Source: an uncultured bacterium (lineage in GTDB: Bacteria > Desulfobacterota > Binatia > HRBIN30 > CADEER01). Taken from it: a stretch of DNA of 64,000 nt. Below are positions 53,094-62,398 of this stretch, one piece after another; the stretch's first letter is position 1; every line of letters starts with the position of its first letter. The notes below the pieces were generated by a model that was not told the origin of the DNA, did not search any database, and saw only the letters and a program-made list of their open reading frames with translations. A program made the position numbers and the translations under genes. The stretch spans positions 5,047-69,046 of the forward strand of contig CBFGUK010000004.1 of assembly GCA_965651925.1 (NCBI GenBank). Reading direction: 5' to 3'.

Positions 53094-53453
53094 ATGCGCA
53101 CACTGTTCGCCTACGGCACGCTGAAGGATGCGTTGCAGCGCCAGGTGGTGCTGCGCGGCGCGTCGGCCCGCGTGATCGGCAGCGGCACCGTGACGGGGGC
53201 CCTGTACGAGGTCGGGTACTTCCCCGGACTGGTCTGCGACGGGGCCGGCGATCCGATCCCCGGCGTGCTGCTCGAGCTGTCCGACGACACCGCGCTCGAG
53301 CATCTCGATGCGTACGAAGACGTGGCCGGCGGGCTGTTCGTCCGCCGCCGCGTCGAGGTGCAGCTCGACGACGGCTCGACGCGCGAGGCCTGGACGTACG
53401 AGTACAACCGCCCGGTGCACGGGTTGCGCAGGATCCCCGCCTGGGGCGGCTGA
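53094..53453 (+). CDS. Gamma-glutamylcyclotransferase (AIG2-like)
   Basis: LFAYGTL, LEHLDAYE, AWTY. Confidence 0.85.
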   Translation: MRTLFAYGTLKDALQRQVVLRGASARVIGSGTVTGALYEVGYFPGLVCDGAGDPIPGVLLELSDDTALEHLDAYEDVAGGLFVRRRVEVQLDDGSTREAWTYEYNRPVHGLRRIPAWGG

Positions 53454-53472
53454 CCACCCTGCCGCACCCCGG

Positions 53473-55137
53473 CTACACGATCCCGGCAGCCTGCAGCGCC
53501 TGGTACGTCGTGTAGCCGCCCGACAGGTTGGCGGCGCGATAGCCGTGCTGGGTGAGAAAGCGGGTCGCGTAATACGCGCGCTGTCCGACGCCGCAGTAGA
53601 GGAGCAGCGGTGCGTCGGCCGGCAGCTCGCGGTAGCGCGCGCGCAGCTGCGACAACGGCAGGTTGAGCGCCCCGTCGACGTGCCCGGCGGCGTACTCGGC
53701 GGGCTCGCGCACGTCGACCACGACCGAGCCGCGCTCGTGCAGTTCCCGCCAGTCGGCGAGCGGCATCAGCCCGTCGAGATGATTCGTCGCGATCATGCCG
53801 GCGAGGTTGGCGGGATCCTTCGCGCCGCCGAACTGCGGCGCGTAGCAGAGCTCGGCCTCGGCGAGATCGCGCACCGTACCGCCGAGCTGGATCATCGTCG
53901 CGATGACGTCGATGCGCTTGTCGACGCCTTCGCGCCCGACGGCCTGTGCGCCGAGGATGCGTCCATCCGGCACGCCGAAGAGCAGCTTGAGATGGATCGG
54001 CTGCGCGCCGGGGTAGTACGCGGCGTGGTGGCCGGGATGAAGATAGACGGCGGCAAAGTCGCGCACGCCGGCGCGGCGCAGTCCCTTTTCACTCGCGCCG
54101 GTGGTGGCGACCGCCTGCCCGAAGACACCGACGATGGCGGTGGCCTGCACGCCGCGGAAGGCCCGTGGCCGGCCGGCGATCGACTCGGCGGCAATCCGGC
54201 CCTGACGGTTCGCCGGGCCGGCGAGCGGCACGATGACCTCCTGCCCGCTGATCACGTCGCGCACCTCGACCGCGTCGCCGACCGCCCAGATGTGCGGGTC
54301 CGCGGTGCGCATCTCCGCATCGACCGCGATGCCCCCGCGTTCGCCGAGCGGCAGCCCGGCGGCGGCCGCCAGCCCGGTTTCCGGACGGACGCCGATCGAC
54401 AGGATGACGAGGTCGGCGGGCAACCGCGCCCCGCGCTCGGTGAGCACGACGAGACCGGGCCCGTCGGGCTCGAAGCCGGCGAGCCCGTCACCGAGGTGCG
54501 CGATGACCCCCTGCGTTGCGAGGTGTGCCTGTACCGTGGCCGCCATCTCCGGATCGAGCGGCGGCAGGACCTGCGGCAGCTTCTCGACCAGCGTCACTTT
54601 CAGGCCGCGATGCGCGAGGTTCTCGGCCATCTCGAGGCCGATGAAGCCCGCACCGATGATGACGGCGCGCGTCGGCGCGCGCTCGGTGATCCAGGCGCGG
54701 ATGCGGCGGGTGTCGGGAATGGTGCGCACGGCGAAGATCCCGGGCAGATCGATGCCGGGCAGCGGCGGCCGCACCGGCGCGGCGCCCGGCGCAAGGAGGA
54801 GCGCATCGTAGGGTTCGTCGCGCTCGCGCGGGCCGTCCGGCGCGTCGAGCTCGCGCACGCGGATTGTACGCCGCGCCCGGTCCAGCGCGACGACTTCGTG
54901 ACGCGTGCGCACGTCGATGTTGAAGCGCTCGCGGAACAGCTCGCTCGACGCCACGAGCAGAGTCTGCTCCTCGGCGATGACGTTGCCGACGTGGTACGGC
55001 AGGCCGCAGTTCGCGAACGACACGTACGGACCGCGATCGAAGATCACGATCTCCGCGGTTTCATCGAGCCGCCGCAGCCGCGCCGCGCACGAGGCGCCAC
55101 CTGCTACGCCGCCGACGATCAACACCCGCTTGCCCAT
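53473..55137 (-). CDS. CoA-disulfide/persulfide reductase with C-terminal rhodanese domain
   Basis: GGVAGG, SFANCGLPY, GAGFIGLE, CYAPQF, DVREPAEY, YCGVGQRA. Confidence 0.92.
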   Translation of the reverse strand: MGKRVLIVGGVAGGASCAARLRRLDETAEIVIFDRGPYVSFANCGLPYHVGNVIAEEQTLLVASSELFRERFNIDVRTRHEVVALDRARRTIRVRELDAPDGPRERDEPYDALLLAPGAAPVRPPLPGIDLPGIFAVRTIPDTRRIRAWITERAPTRAVIIGAGFIGLEMAENLAHRGLKVTLVEKLPQVLPPLDPEMAATVQAHLATQGVIAHLGDGLAGFEPDGPGLVVLTERGARLPADLVILSIGVRPETGLAAAAGLPLGERGGIAVDAEMRTADPHIWAVGDAVEVRDVISGQEVIVPLAGPANRQGRIAAESIAGRPRAFRGVQATAIVGVFGQAVATTGASEKGLRRAGVRDFAAVYLHPGHHAAYYPGAQPIHLKLLFGVPDGRILGAQAVGREGVDKRIDVIATMIQLGGTVRDLAEAELCYAPQFGGAKDPANLAGMIATNHLDGLMPLADWRELHERGSVVVDVREPAEYAAGHVDGALNLPLSQLRARYRELPADAPLLLYCGVGQRAYYATRFLTQHGYRAANLSGGYTTYQALQAAGIV

Positions 55138-55296
55138 TGGGTCACCTCGCCCGGAGTGTAGCGTTCCGATCCGCGCGGCGGCAGACAAAGAACGAACGGG
55201 TACCATCCGCGCCGCGCCGCGCGCACGCCGCCGCCGCGCGTGGTTGACCATACGCGCGGCGCTCCCGTAGCGTCCGCTGCCACGAGGAGCTCCGGC

Positions 55297-55509
55297 ATGG
55301 TCGAGAAGACGATCACGCTCACCGGCACGTCGCCGACCAGCATCGAGGATGCGGTCAACGTTGCCGTGGCGCGTGCGGCGGTGACCATCGACGCGATCCG
55401 CCGTGTCGACGTCGTCCGCGTCAGCGGGACGGTCGAGCAGGGCGCGGTCGCCACCTGGCGGGTGAAGGTGCGGCTCACCTTCCTCGTTCAGGACCGGCTG
55501 CACGAGTAG
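55297..55509 (+). CDS. Dodecin-family flavin-binding protein
   Basis: KTITLTGTSPTSIEDAV...WRVKVRLTF. Confidence 0.85.
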   Translation: MVEKTITLTGTSPTSIEDAVNVAVARAAVTIDAIRRVDVVRVSGTVEQGAVATWRVKVRLTFLVQDRLHE

Positions 55510-55518
55510 CGCACCGCC

Positions 55519-56502
55519 ATGGAAGCGAAGCTGCGCGAGGTGCTGCCGGGCATTCACCTGCTGCACCTGCCGCTGCCGATGAAGCCGACGATCGTCAACG
55601 TCGTCCTGATCGACGGCGGCGACGAGTGGGCGCTGGTCGATACCGGCATGCACACCGCCGACAGCCTCGCGACCTTCGACGCGGCGCTCGCGCAGCTGCG
55701 GCTCGCTCCCGACCGGGTGCGGGCGATCATCTGTACCCACCATCATCCCGATCATTTCGGCACCTCGCGGGCGTATCGCGAGCGCACCGGCGCGACGCTG
55801 TACCTGCATCCCGCGGAGTGGGAGCGCGCGCAGCAGATGCTGCCGAGCGATCGTCCGGCGGAGGTGGTCCGCTTCTTCCGCATCCACGGCATCCCGCTCG
55901 ACCGCTTCGCGCACGTGCCGCGGCCGCGCGACATCTGGGGCAGCGTCTACGTCACCGCCGCGCCCGACCGCGCGCTCGCCGACGGCCAGGTGCTCACCGT
56001 CGGGACGCGCCGTCTCGAGGTGATCTGGACGCCGGGGCACGCCCCGGGACACTGCGTGCTCTACCTGCCGCGCGAACGGGCCCTGATCGTCGGCGATCAC
56101 CTGCTGCCGAAAATCACCCCGCACGTCGGCTTCGGGCCGGGGTCGACCGGCGACCCGCTTGGCGACTTCCTCGCCTCACAGGAGAAGCTGCAGCCCCTCG
56201 CCGTCGATGTCGTGCTGCCGGCGCACGGCGGCGTGTTCGCCGATCACCGGCACCGCGCCCGCCAGATCATCCAGCACCACCAGGTCCGCCTGCGCGACAT
56301 GCTCGACATCGTCCACCGCCAGGCGCACACCGCCTACGATGTCGCGCGCCGGGCGTTCGCGTTCGACAGCGACAGCCCGCTCACCTACCAGTTCCCGGCG
56401 ACCTTCGAGACGCTCGCCCATCTCGAGCACCTGCGCCAGACCGGCGCTGTCCTGTGCGAGACACGCGACGAGCGCGTCGTCTGGCGCGCGGCGCGCACCT
56501 AG
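55519..56502 (+). CDS. Metallo-beta-lactamase-fold hydrolase with C-terminal helical domain
   Basis: LVDTG, THHHPDH, TPGHAPGH, GDHLLPKITP, ETLAHLEHL. Confidence 0.88.
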   Translation: MEAKLREVLPGIHLLHLPLPMKPTIVNVVLIDGGDEWALVDTGMHTADSLATFDAALAQLRLAPDRVRAIICTHHHPDHFGTSRAYRERTGATLYLHPAEWERAQQMLPSDRPAEVVRFFRIHGIPLDRFAHVPRPRDIWGSVYVTAAPDRALADGQVLTVGTRRLEVIWTPGHAPGHCVLYLPRERALIVGDHLLPKITPHVGFGPGSTGDPLGDFLASQEKLQPLAVDVVLPAHGGVFADHRHRARQIIQHHQVRLRDMLDIVHRQAHTAYDVARRAFAFDSDSPLTYQFPATFETLAHLEHLRQTGAVLCETRDERVVWRAART

Positions 56503-56599
56503 CGCGCCGGGACACGACCGTTCCGCGGAGCGGCGGATCCGCAATCACGCGGACCGGAGCCGCGCAAACGGCGCACGCCGCGGTCGGCCGGGCCGGCGA

Positions 56600-57706
56600 T
56601 CACGGCACCGGGTAGTGGAAGCCGAGATCGACGGGCGGATCGTCCGGCGTGCCGTCGGGCACCGTGGTGCGATCGAAGAGCTGCGAGACGAGGACGTCGC
56701 CGATCTGTCCCGTGCCGGCATCGATCGCCGGGCTCGCGCCGGGATCGAGGTGGAAGTCGCCGCTATCCTCGTCCACGAAGACCGCATCGGCGTTGACGTC
56801 CTGCGTGCCGACGATGGTGGTCGGGCGGTAGGTTTTCGTCTGGTCGGCGAGCGGCGCGTAGAACACGAGGTTGAAGTTGCCGGAGTAGCCGTCGAGCGCG
56901 CTCGGCGGCCCGGTTTCGATGCTCAGGCTGACGTTGTTGTTGTTCTGGATGATGTTGTTGCGCAGCATCGCGCCGGTGGCGGCGATGTTGGCGCTGTTCG
57001 CGCCGCCGATCGCGACGCCGCGGTTTCGGTTGTTGACGATGGTGTTGTTGATCAGCCGCGCGCGCCGCGCGCCGTTGCTGATGCGGACGCCGCGGTTGGT
57101 GTTGCCGTAGATGAGATTGTTGAAGATGAGCGCGTCATCGGAGTTCTCGACGCGGATGCCGTCGCCGCCGTTGGTGATGATGCAGTTGCGCACCGTGACG
57201 TTCGGAGACGTGCTGCGCACCTGGACGCCGGCGCCGTTGTTGCCGCGCGCCCCGACGATCCGGAAGCCATCGATGTCGATATGGCTCGAGCGCGAGACGC
57301 GGATGCCGATTGACGCGTCATCGGTATCGATCAGCACCTCGCCAGCCGGGACCCCGGTGTGCTCGCCGCGGATGTCGGCGATCAGCCGCACGGGGCTCGC
57401 GGCCGTGCCGGCGACATCGGCGATGTTCACCGCTTCGGTCGGCCGCGGCTCGCCCGGGGGCACGGGCAGCAGGGTGTAGGTACCGGGGGCGACGTAGACC
57501 GTGTCGCCGGGCCGCAGCAGGCTGGCCGCGCGCGCGATGGTGCGCAGCGGCCGGTCGACCGCGAGCCCGTCATTGTCGTCGTGCCCGGTCGGGGCGACGT
57601 ACATCGTGCGCGCACCAGGCGGAGGGGCGCTGCTGCCGCCTCCCCCACCGCCGCCACAGGCGGCGCCGAGCAGCGAAACAGCGAGCGCAAGAGCTACATG
57701 ACGCAT
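56600..57706 (-). CDS. Right-handed beta-helix (pectate-lyase-like) lipoprotein
   Basis: Lipobox LGAAC; YVAPTGHDDNDG...PLRTI; N-rich NNLIYGN / NNTIVNN repeats. Confidence 0.85.
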   Translation of the reverse strand: MRHVALALAVSLLGAACGGGGGGGSSAPPPGARTMYVAPTGHDDNDGLAVDRPLRTIARAASLLRPGDTVYVAPGTYTLLPVPPGEPRPTEAVNIADVAGTAASPVRLIADIRGEHTGVPAGEVLIDTDDASIGIRVSRSSHIDIDGFRIVGARGNNGAGVQVRSTSPNVTVRNCIITNGGDGIRVENSDDALIFNNLIYGNTNRGVRISNGARRARLINNTIVNNRNRGVAIGGANSANIAATGAMLRNNIIQNNNNVSLSIETGPPSALDGYSGNFNLVFYAPLADQTKTYRPTTIVGTQDVNADAVFVDEDSGDFHLDPGASPAIDAGTGQIGDVLVSQLFDRTTVPDGTPDDPPVDLGFHYPVP

Positions 57707-57827
57707 ACGTTCGGGTGCTCCTTTGCAGGATCGTTGGACGCTACCAACGCGTCGAATCTATTGAAAGCGAGAACACCGGGCGGTGCCGGACGGCCACCGT
57801 CAGCGGTCGGCGGCGGGACGCGGGCGC

Positions 57828-58886
57828 TCAGAACAGGCGCAGCTGATCGCCGGCACGCGGCGGGACGCGGAAGGCATCGGCCCGCAGCGGCGGCAGCCGC
57901 CGGTCGAGCCCGCATCGGCGCGCGGCGAGCGCGAACAGGTCGCGTACCTGGGCGGCGTACGTGCCCTCGCCGCGCATGCGCTTGCCGAAGCGGCTGTCGC
58001 TCAGCTTGCCCGCCCGGCATTGCCGCAGGCGGCCGAGCACGCGCAACATGCTGTCAGGGTAGTGGCGCTCGAGCCACGCGGTGAACAGCTGGTCGAGCGG
58101 CGAGGCGAGGCGGAGCAGGACCCAGCCGGCGCTGCGCGCGCCGGCGGCCGCGGCGCGCTCGAGCAGGGCGGGCACCTCGTGATCGTTGAGGCCGGGGATG
58201 ATCGGCGCGGTCAGCACGCCGACGGGAATGCCCGCGGCGGCGAGTGCCGCCACCGCCTGCAGGCGCCGCTCCGGCGTCGCCGCGCGTGGCTCCATGCGCC
58301 GGGCGAGATCGGCGTCGAGTGTGGTCAGCGACACGAACACGTGCACGGCGCCGTGCGCGGCGAGCTCGCCGAGGAGGTCGAGGTCGCGCATCACCAGCGC
58401 CGACTTCGTCACGATGCTCACCGGATTGCGGAACTCCGCGAACACCTCGAGACAGCCGCGCGTCAGCCGCAGCTGCCGTTCGACGGGCTGATAGCAGTCG
58501 GTGTTGCCGGACAGCGCGACCACCTGCGGCTGCCAGCGCGGCGCCGCCAGCGCCTCGCGCAGGAGCGCCGGCGCGTCCGGTTTGACGAGCAGCCGGCGCT
58601 CGAAATCGAGCCCGGCGCTGAAGCCGAGATACTCGTGCGAGGGACGCGCATAGCAGTAGATGCAGCCGTGCTCGCAGCCGCGATACGGGTTCAGGCTGAA
58701 GCGGAACCCGATGTCGGGGCTATCGTTCTCGGCGAGAATCGCGCGGCTTGCGTCGCGGTAGATTTCGGTCGGCACCGGTGGCGCGCCGCCGTCCTCGTCG
58801 TGCGGTTCGGGCTCGAGATGCAGCCGCTCGAAACGGTTGGCGGGATTGAGCCGCGTACCGCGGCCGTCGAGCTCGGAGGACGACAT
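57828..58886 (-). CDS. PA0069/SplB-like radical SAM protein
   Basis: SLNPYRGCEHGCIYCYARP, TDCYQPVE, C-terminal QLRLF. Confidence 0.92.
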   Translation of the reverse strand: MSSSELDGRGTRLNPANRFERLHLEPEPHDEDGGAPPVPTEIYRDASRAILAENDSPDIGFRFSLNPYRGCEHGCIYCYARPSHEYLGFSAGLDFERRLLVKPDAPALLREALAAPRWQPQVVALSGNTDCYQPVERQLRLTRGCLEVFAEFRNPVSIVTKSALVMRDLDLLGELAAHGAVHVFVSLTTLDADLARRMEPRAATPERRLQAVAALAAAGIPVGVLTAPIIPGLNDHEVPALLERAAAAGARSAGWVLLRLASPLDQLFTAWLERHYPDSMLRVLGRLRQCRAGKLSDSRFGKRMRGEGTYAAQVRDLFALAARRCGLDRRLPPLRADAFRVPPRAGDQLRLF

Positions 58887-59100
58887 GCTTTCGCCATTTC
58901 TTCTCCCATGCTCGCCACCGTCCGGCAAGATGGAATCTCCGGACTGCGGGCGTCCCCGCCCGCATGCAGCGCGGGAATTCTCCCCTGCACGTTCGGATGC
59001 GCCGCTTGCCAATGCCGCGGGGACGCCGCGCGGTCCCAAGGGGAGCGGTCCGGACGCGTGCCGGCTGTAATCCACCCCGCAAGCTGCTACCTCGCGCCGC

Positions 59101-60003
59101 ATGACGAAACCCGCACTGAGCTTTGCGGCGATGCCGGGGCGGCGGCGCGCGACGATCGAGCTGGCGCAGGACCTCGAGCGGCGGGGCTACGCCGGGCTCT
59201 ACTGCCCGAGCTTCGGCGACGGCATGGCGCTCTGCGAGGCGCTCGCGCTGTCGACGACGACGATTCCGTTCGGCACCAGCATCGCGAACATCTACACGCG
59301 GCACGCCTACGACTACGCGCAGAGCGTGGCGTTCATTCACGAGCTCAGCGGCGGCCGGTTCCGCTTCGGCGTCGGGGTCAGCCACGCGCCGATGAACCGC
59401 TGGTTCGGTCTGCCGCCCGGCAAGCCGCTCGCCGACATGCGGCGCTTCGTCACCGATCTGCGCGCCGGCGCGGCGCGTGCCGGCGATCTGCCGCCGCTCG
59501 TCCTCGCGGCGCTGCGCCGGCCGATGGTGGCCCTCGCCGGTGAGCTCGCCGATGGCGCGGTGTGGGCGAACGCGGCGCGCTCGCACATGCCGGCATCGCT
59601 GCAGGCGCTGCCCGAGCGCGCGCGCCGCGACGACTTCTTCATCGGCAACATGATTCCGACCTGCGTCAGCGACGACCGCGCCGCGGCCGCCGCGGTGTTG
59701 CGCCGCGTGCTGCGCAGCTATGTCATGCTGCCCAACTACCAGGCCTACTGGATCGAGGCCGGCTACGAGGACGAGATGCGCGCCATTCAGCGCGCCATCG
59801 CCGAGCAGCGCCCCGACGACATCGCGAAGTGCATGAGCGACCGCTGGCTCGAGGACGTCACCCTCTTCGGCCCGGCCCGCCGCATCCGTGACGGCCTCGC
59901 CGCCTGGCGCGCCGCCGGCGTGAAGACGCCGATCCTCGTGCCGTCATCGACGAAGGGCGGCCAGTTCGAGGCGATCAGCGAGCTGTGTGCGGTCTTCGAC
60001 TGA
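59101..60003 (+). CDS. Luciferase-like (LLM class) flavin-dependent oxidoreductase
   Basis: GTSIANIYTR, ELSGGRFRFGVG, LAGELADG. Confidence 0.85.
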   Translation: MTKPALSFAAMPGRRRATIELAQDLERRGYAGLYCPSFGDGMALCEALALSTTTIPFGTSIANIYTRHAYDYAQSVAFIHELSGGRFRFGVGVSHAPMNRWFGLPPGKPLADMRRFVTDLRAGAARAGDLPPLVLAALRRPMVALAGELADGAVWANAARSHMPASLQALPERARRDDFFIGNMIPTCVSDDRAAAAAVLRRVLRSYVMLPNYQAYWIEAGYEDEMRAIQRAIAEQRPDDIAKCMSDRWLEDVTLFGPARRIRDGLAAWRAAGVKTPILVPSSTKGGQFEAISELCAVFD

Positions 60004-60012
60004 AACAAGGGC

Positions 60013-60120
60013 GTGACCGGTGACCAGTGACCGGTGAGCGGTGGCGCCGCTGTGCGGCGCCTCGTTGCGCGCGAGCACGGGCAAGCCCCCACCGGTCACT
60101 GGTCACCGGTCACTGGTCAC
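60013..60120. repeat. Inverted 7-nt-periodic repeat element (GTGACC / GGTCAC arms)
   Basis: GTGACC at 60013, 60020, 60027 and GTGAGC at 60034; GGTCAC at 60094, 60101, 60108, 60115. Confidence 0.85.
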
Positions 60121-60648
60121 GCTTTTCGACCCGACCAGCGCCCACCAGAGCAGGAACGGCAGCGCGGCGAAGCCGACGAGCCCGTAGAAGCCGTAGAACA
60201 CGTTGATCAGCTGGTTGATGCGCCGCATCCAGGTGACGCCGAGCGTTGCCTGCGGGTGACCGGTCATCCAGGGGCCGAGGAGCACGAGCCCGGCGTGGAA
60301 GACGAACAGGGCCGCGAGCCCGACCCCCGCGGCACGCAGGCGGGCGCGCCATGGCACACCGCTGCTGGCGCCGACCAGGGCGAGAAACGTGATCACGCCG
60401 GAGAAGATCTCGCGCGGCTGGAACGGGACGACTTCGCGGATCGCGTCGCGGCGGATGACGATGTTCAGGCCGCGCGACGTCGCATCGACGCGGTCGAGCG
60501 CGAAGCCGCTGGTCAGCCGCATCAGCGGGCTGGCGATCCGGACGACGGTGCGCCCGTAGGCGTCGCCGAACCCGGCGAACGACCAGAGCGCGAACAGCAC
60601 GCCGACCAGGGCGAGCGTTCTAAGCAGGAACGCTGCGGAGACTCGCAC
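60103..60648 (-). CDS. Exosortase-associated membrane protein
   Basis: Multi-TM; TFLALVGAS...WRAR, ALPFLLWW; overlaps the exosortase gene. Confidence 0.65.
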   Translation of the reverse strand: MRVSAAFLLRTLALVGVLFALWSFAGFGDAYGRTVVRIASPLMRLTSGFALDRVDATSRGLNIVIRRDAIREVVPFQPREIFSGVITFLALVGASSGVPWRARLRAAGVGLAALFVFHAGLVLLGPWMTGHPQATLGVTWMRRINQLINVFYGFYGLVGFAALPFLLWWALVGSKSVTSDR

Positions 60649-61165
60649 GGCGCACCTGCTCGGTCCACAGCGAGGCGAGCACGGCCAGCAACGCGATGAA
60701 CAGCCCCTGGAAGAAATACTCGTGGAAGTACGCGAACCACTCCGGCCGGCGGCTGGCGATGAGCGTCAGCACCACCAGGCGGCCGAGGTTGACGGCGGTG
60801 AGTGTGAGGAAGCCGATGACGAGCCCGCTCAGCCGTTGCAGCCAGCTCGCCGGGTAGGCGAGCACGAACGCCGCGTAGACGAGCAGCACGAACACGCCGG
60901 TGCATTCGTGGTTGATGTCGAGCGCGGCGTGGGGCGTGCTGATGATCGTCTCGGTGGCGCGCGCCCCGGCGCCGAACCAGTTGGCGACCACCGTGACGCT
61001 GCCCGCCATCCACGTCTGTATCGGCGTCATGTGCAGGTGCAGCTCGCCGAGCGAGAAGGCGAGGCTGGCGAGAAAGAGATAGACGAACAGGCGGACGACG
61101 AAGCCGGTGAACGTCGGCGGCCGCGTGCCGGCGGCGGTGTTCGGAGCGCTGGGTCGGGCGGCCAT
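60620..61165 (-). CDS. Short exosortase/archaeosortase (XrtH-like)
   Basis: INHECTG (Cys), NLGRL (Arg), YFHEY (His). Confidence 0.85.
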   Translation of the reverse strand: MAARPSAPNTAAGTRPPTFTGFVVRLFVYLFLASLAFSLGELHLHMTPIQTWMAGSVTVVANWFGAGARATETIISTPHAALDINHECTGVFVLLVYAAFVLAYPASWLQRLSGLVIGFLTLTAVNLGRLVVLTLIASRRPEWFAYFHEYFFQGLFIALLAVLASLWTEQVRRASLRSVPA

Positions 61166-61341
61166 GATGCAGCGGCGCAGATCAACCACATACGCGTGCC
61201 GCCAGCAACGGCAACCGCTCCGCCGTCCGCGTCCGCAGATGACGCCGCTGGCGGTCGCATGAAGCTCAGGGTGACCTCTGCGGATCCGTGCGCGCTGCCC
61301 CCTCCGTGGCGCCGCGCCGGCATCTGTGATCTCTGGAGACC

Positions 61342-61530
61342 GTGGGCAACAGAGTCGTCCGCTGTCCCGCGTGTCGCACCGCAGTGCGCTGGGACGACAA
61401 TCCGCACCGGCCGTTCTGTTCGGAACGCTGTCGCGTGCTCGATCTCGGCGCCTGGGCGGCCGAACGCTATCGGATTCCCGGCGAGCCGGTGCGCGAGGAC
61501 GACGAGCCGGACAACGGCACCAGGCACTGA
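61342..61530 (+). CDS. yacG: DNA gyrase inhibitor YacG
   Basis: CPAC...[17 protein letters not shown]. Confidence 0.9.
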   Translation: MGNRVVRCPACRTAVRWDDNPHRPFCSERCRVLDLGAWAAERYRIPGEPVREDDEPDNGTRH

Positions 61531-62330
61531 TGCCGATTCACCCGACGGCGCTGGTCGACGCGCGCGCCGAGATCGACCCGACGGCCGAGATCGGCCCCTA
61601 CGTCGTCATCGACGGGCCGGCGGTCGTCGGTCCCGGCACCCGCCTGGGCCCCTACGTCCACCTCGCGGGTGCGGTCGTGCTCGGGCGCGACAACGTCATC
61701 CACAGCGGCGCGGTGCTCGGCGGCCCGCCGCAGGACCTCAGCTACCGCGGCGCGCCGACGGGCGTCCGGCTCGGCGACCGCAACATCCTGCGCGAGCACG
61801 TCGAGGTGAACCGCGCGACACGGCTCGAGCAGCCGACGGAGCTCGGCAACGACACCTACCTCATGGGGCACGCGCACGTCGGGCACGACTGCCGCGTCGG
61901 CGACGGCGTCATTCTCGCCAACGGCGCCATGCTCGGCGGTCACGTGCAGGTCGACGCACGGGCGTTCGTCTCCGGCAACTGCGTCGTTCACCAGCACGTG
62001 CGGGTCGGCCGGCTGACGATGCTGCGCGGCGGCTCGCGCACCAGCCGCGACGTGCCGCCGTTTGCGATCATGGACTGGACGCACACGGTGCGTGGCATCA
62101 ACCGCATCGGCCTGCGGCGCGCCGGCATCCCCGCCGACCGGATCCGCGCCCTGCAGCAGGCGTTCGCCGTGCTGTTCGGCCGGCGGCGCAACCTGCGCGA
62201 CGCGCTCGCCGAGGTCGCGGCCGGGCCGCTCAGCGAGGAGGTCGCCGAGCTGCTGGCGTTCATCCGCGCGTCCCGCCGCGGCGTCTGTTTCGGGCCCCGG
62301 ACCGGCGGCGACGAGGGCGAGGAGGCGTGA
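61530..62330 (+). CDS. lpxA: LpxA-like acyl-ACP:UDP-GlcNAc acyltransferase
   Basis: IHPTALVD, hexapeptide repeats, PQDLSY, HVGHDC, VHQH, DVPPF, GINRIGLRR. Confidence 0.82.
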   Translation: MPIHPTALVDARAEIDPTAEIGPYVVIDGPAVVGPGTRLGPYVHLAGAVVLGRDNVIHSGAVLGGPPQDLSYRGAPTGVRLGDRNILREHVEVNRATRLEQPTELGNDTYLMGHAHVGHDCRVGDGVILANGAMLGGHVQVDARAFVSGNCVVHQHVRVGRLTMLRGGSRTSRDVPPFAIMDWTHTVRGINRIGLRRAGIPADRIRALQQAFAVLFGRRRNLRDALAEVAAGPLSEEVAELLAFIRASRRGVCFGPRTGGDEGEEA

Positions 62331-62398
62331 GCCGGACGCGACGCGAGCGTCGGGTCACCCTTGTCCGGCCGGTGCGAACCGGTTAGCGTCCGTGAGCC

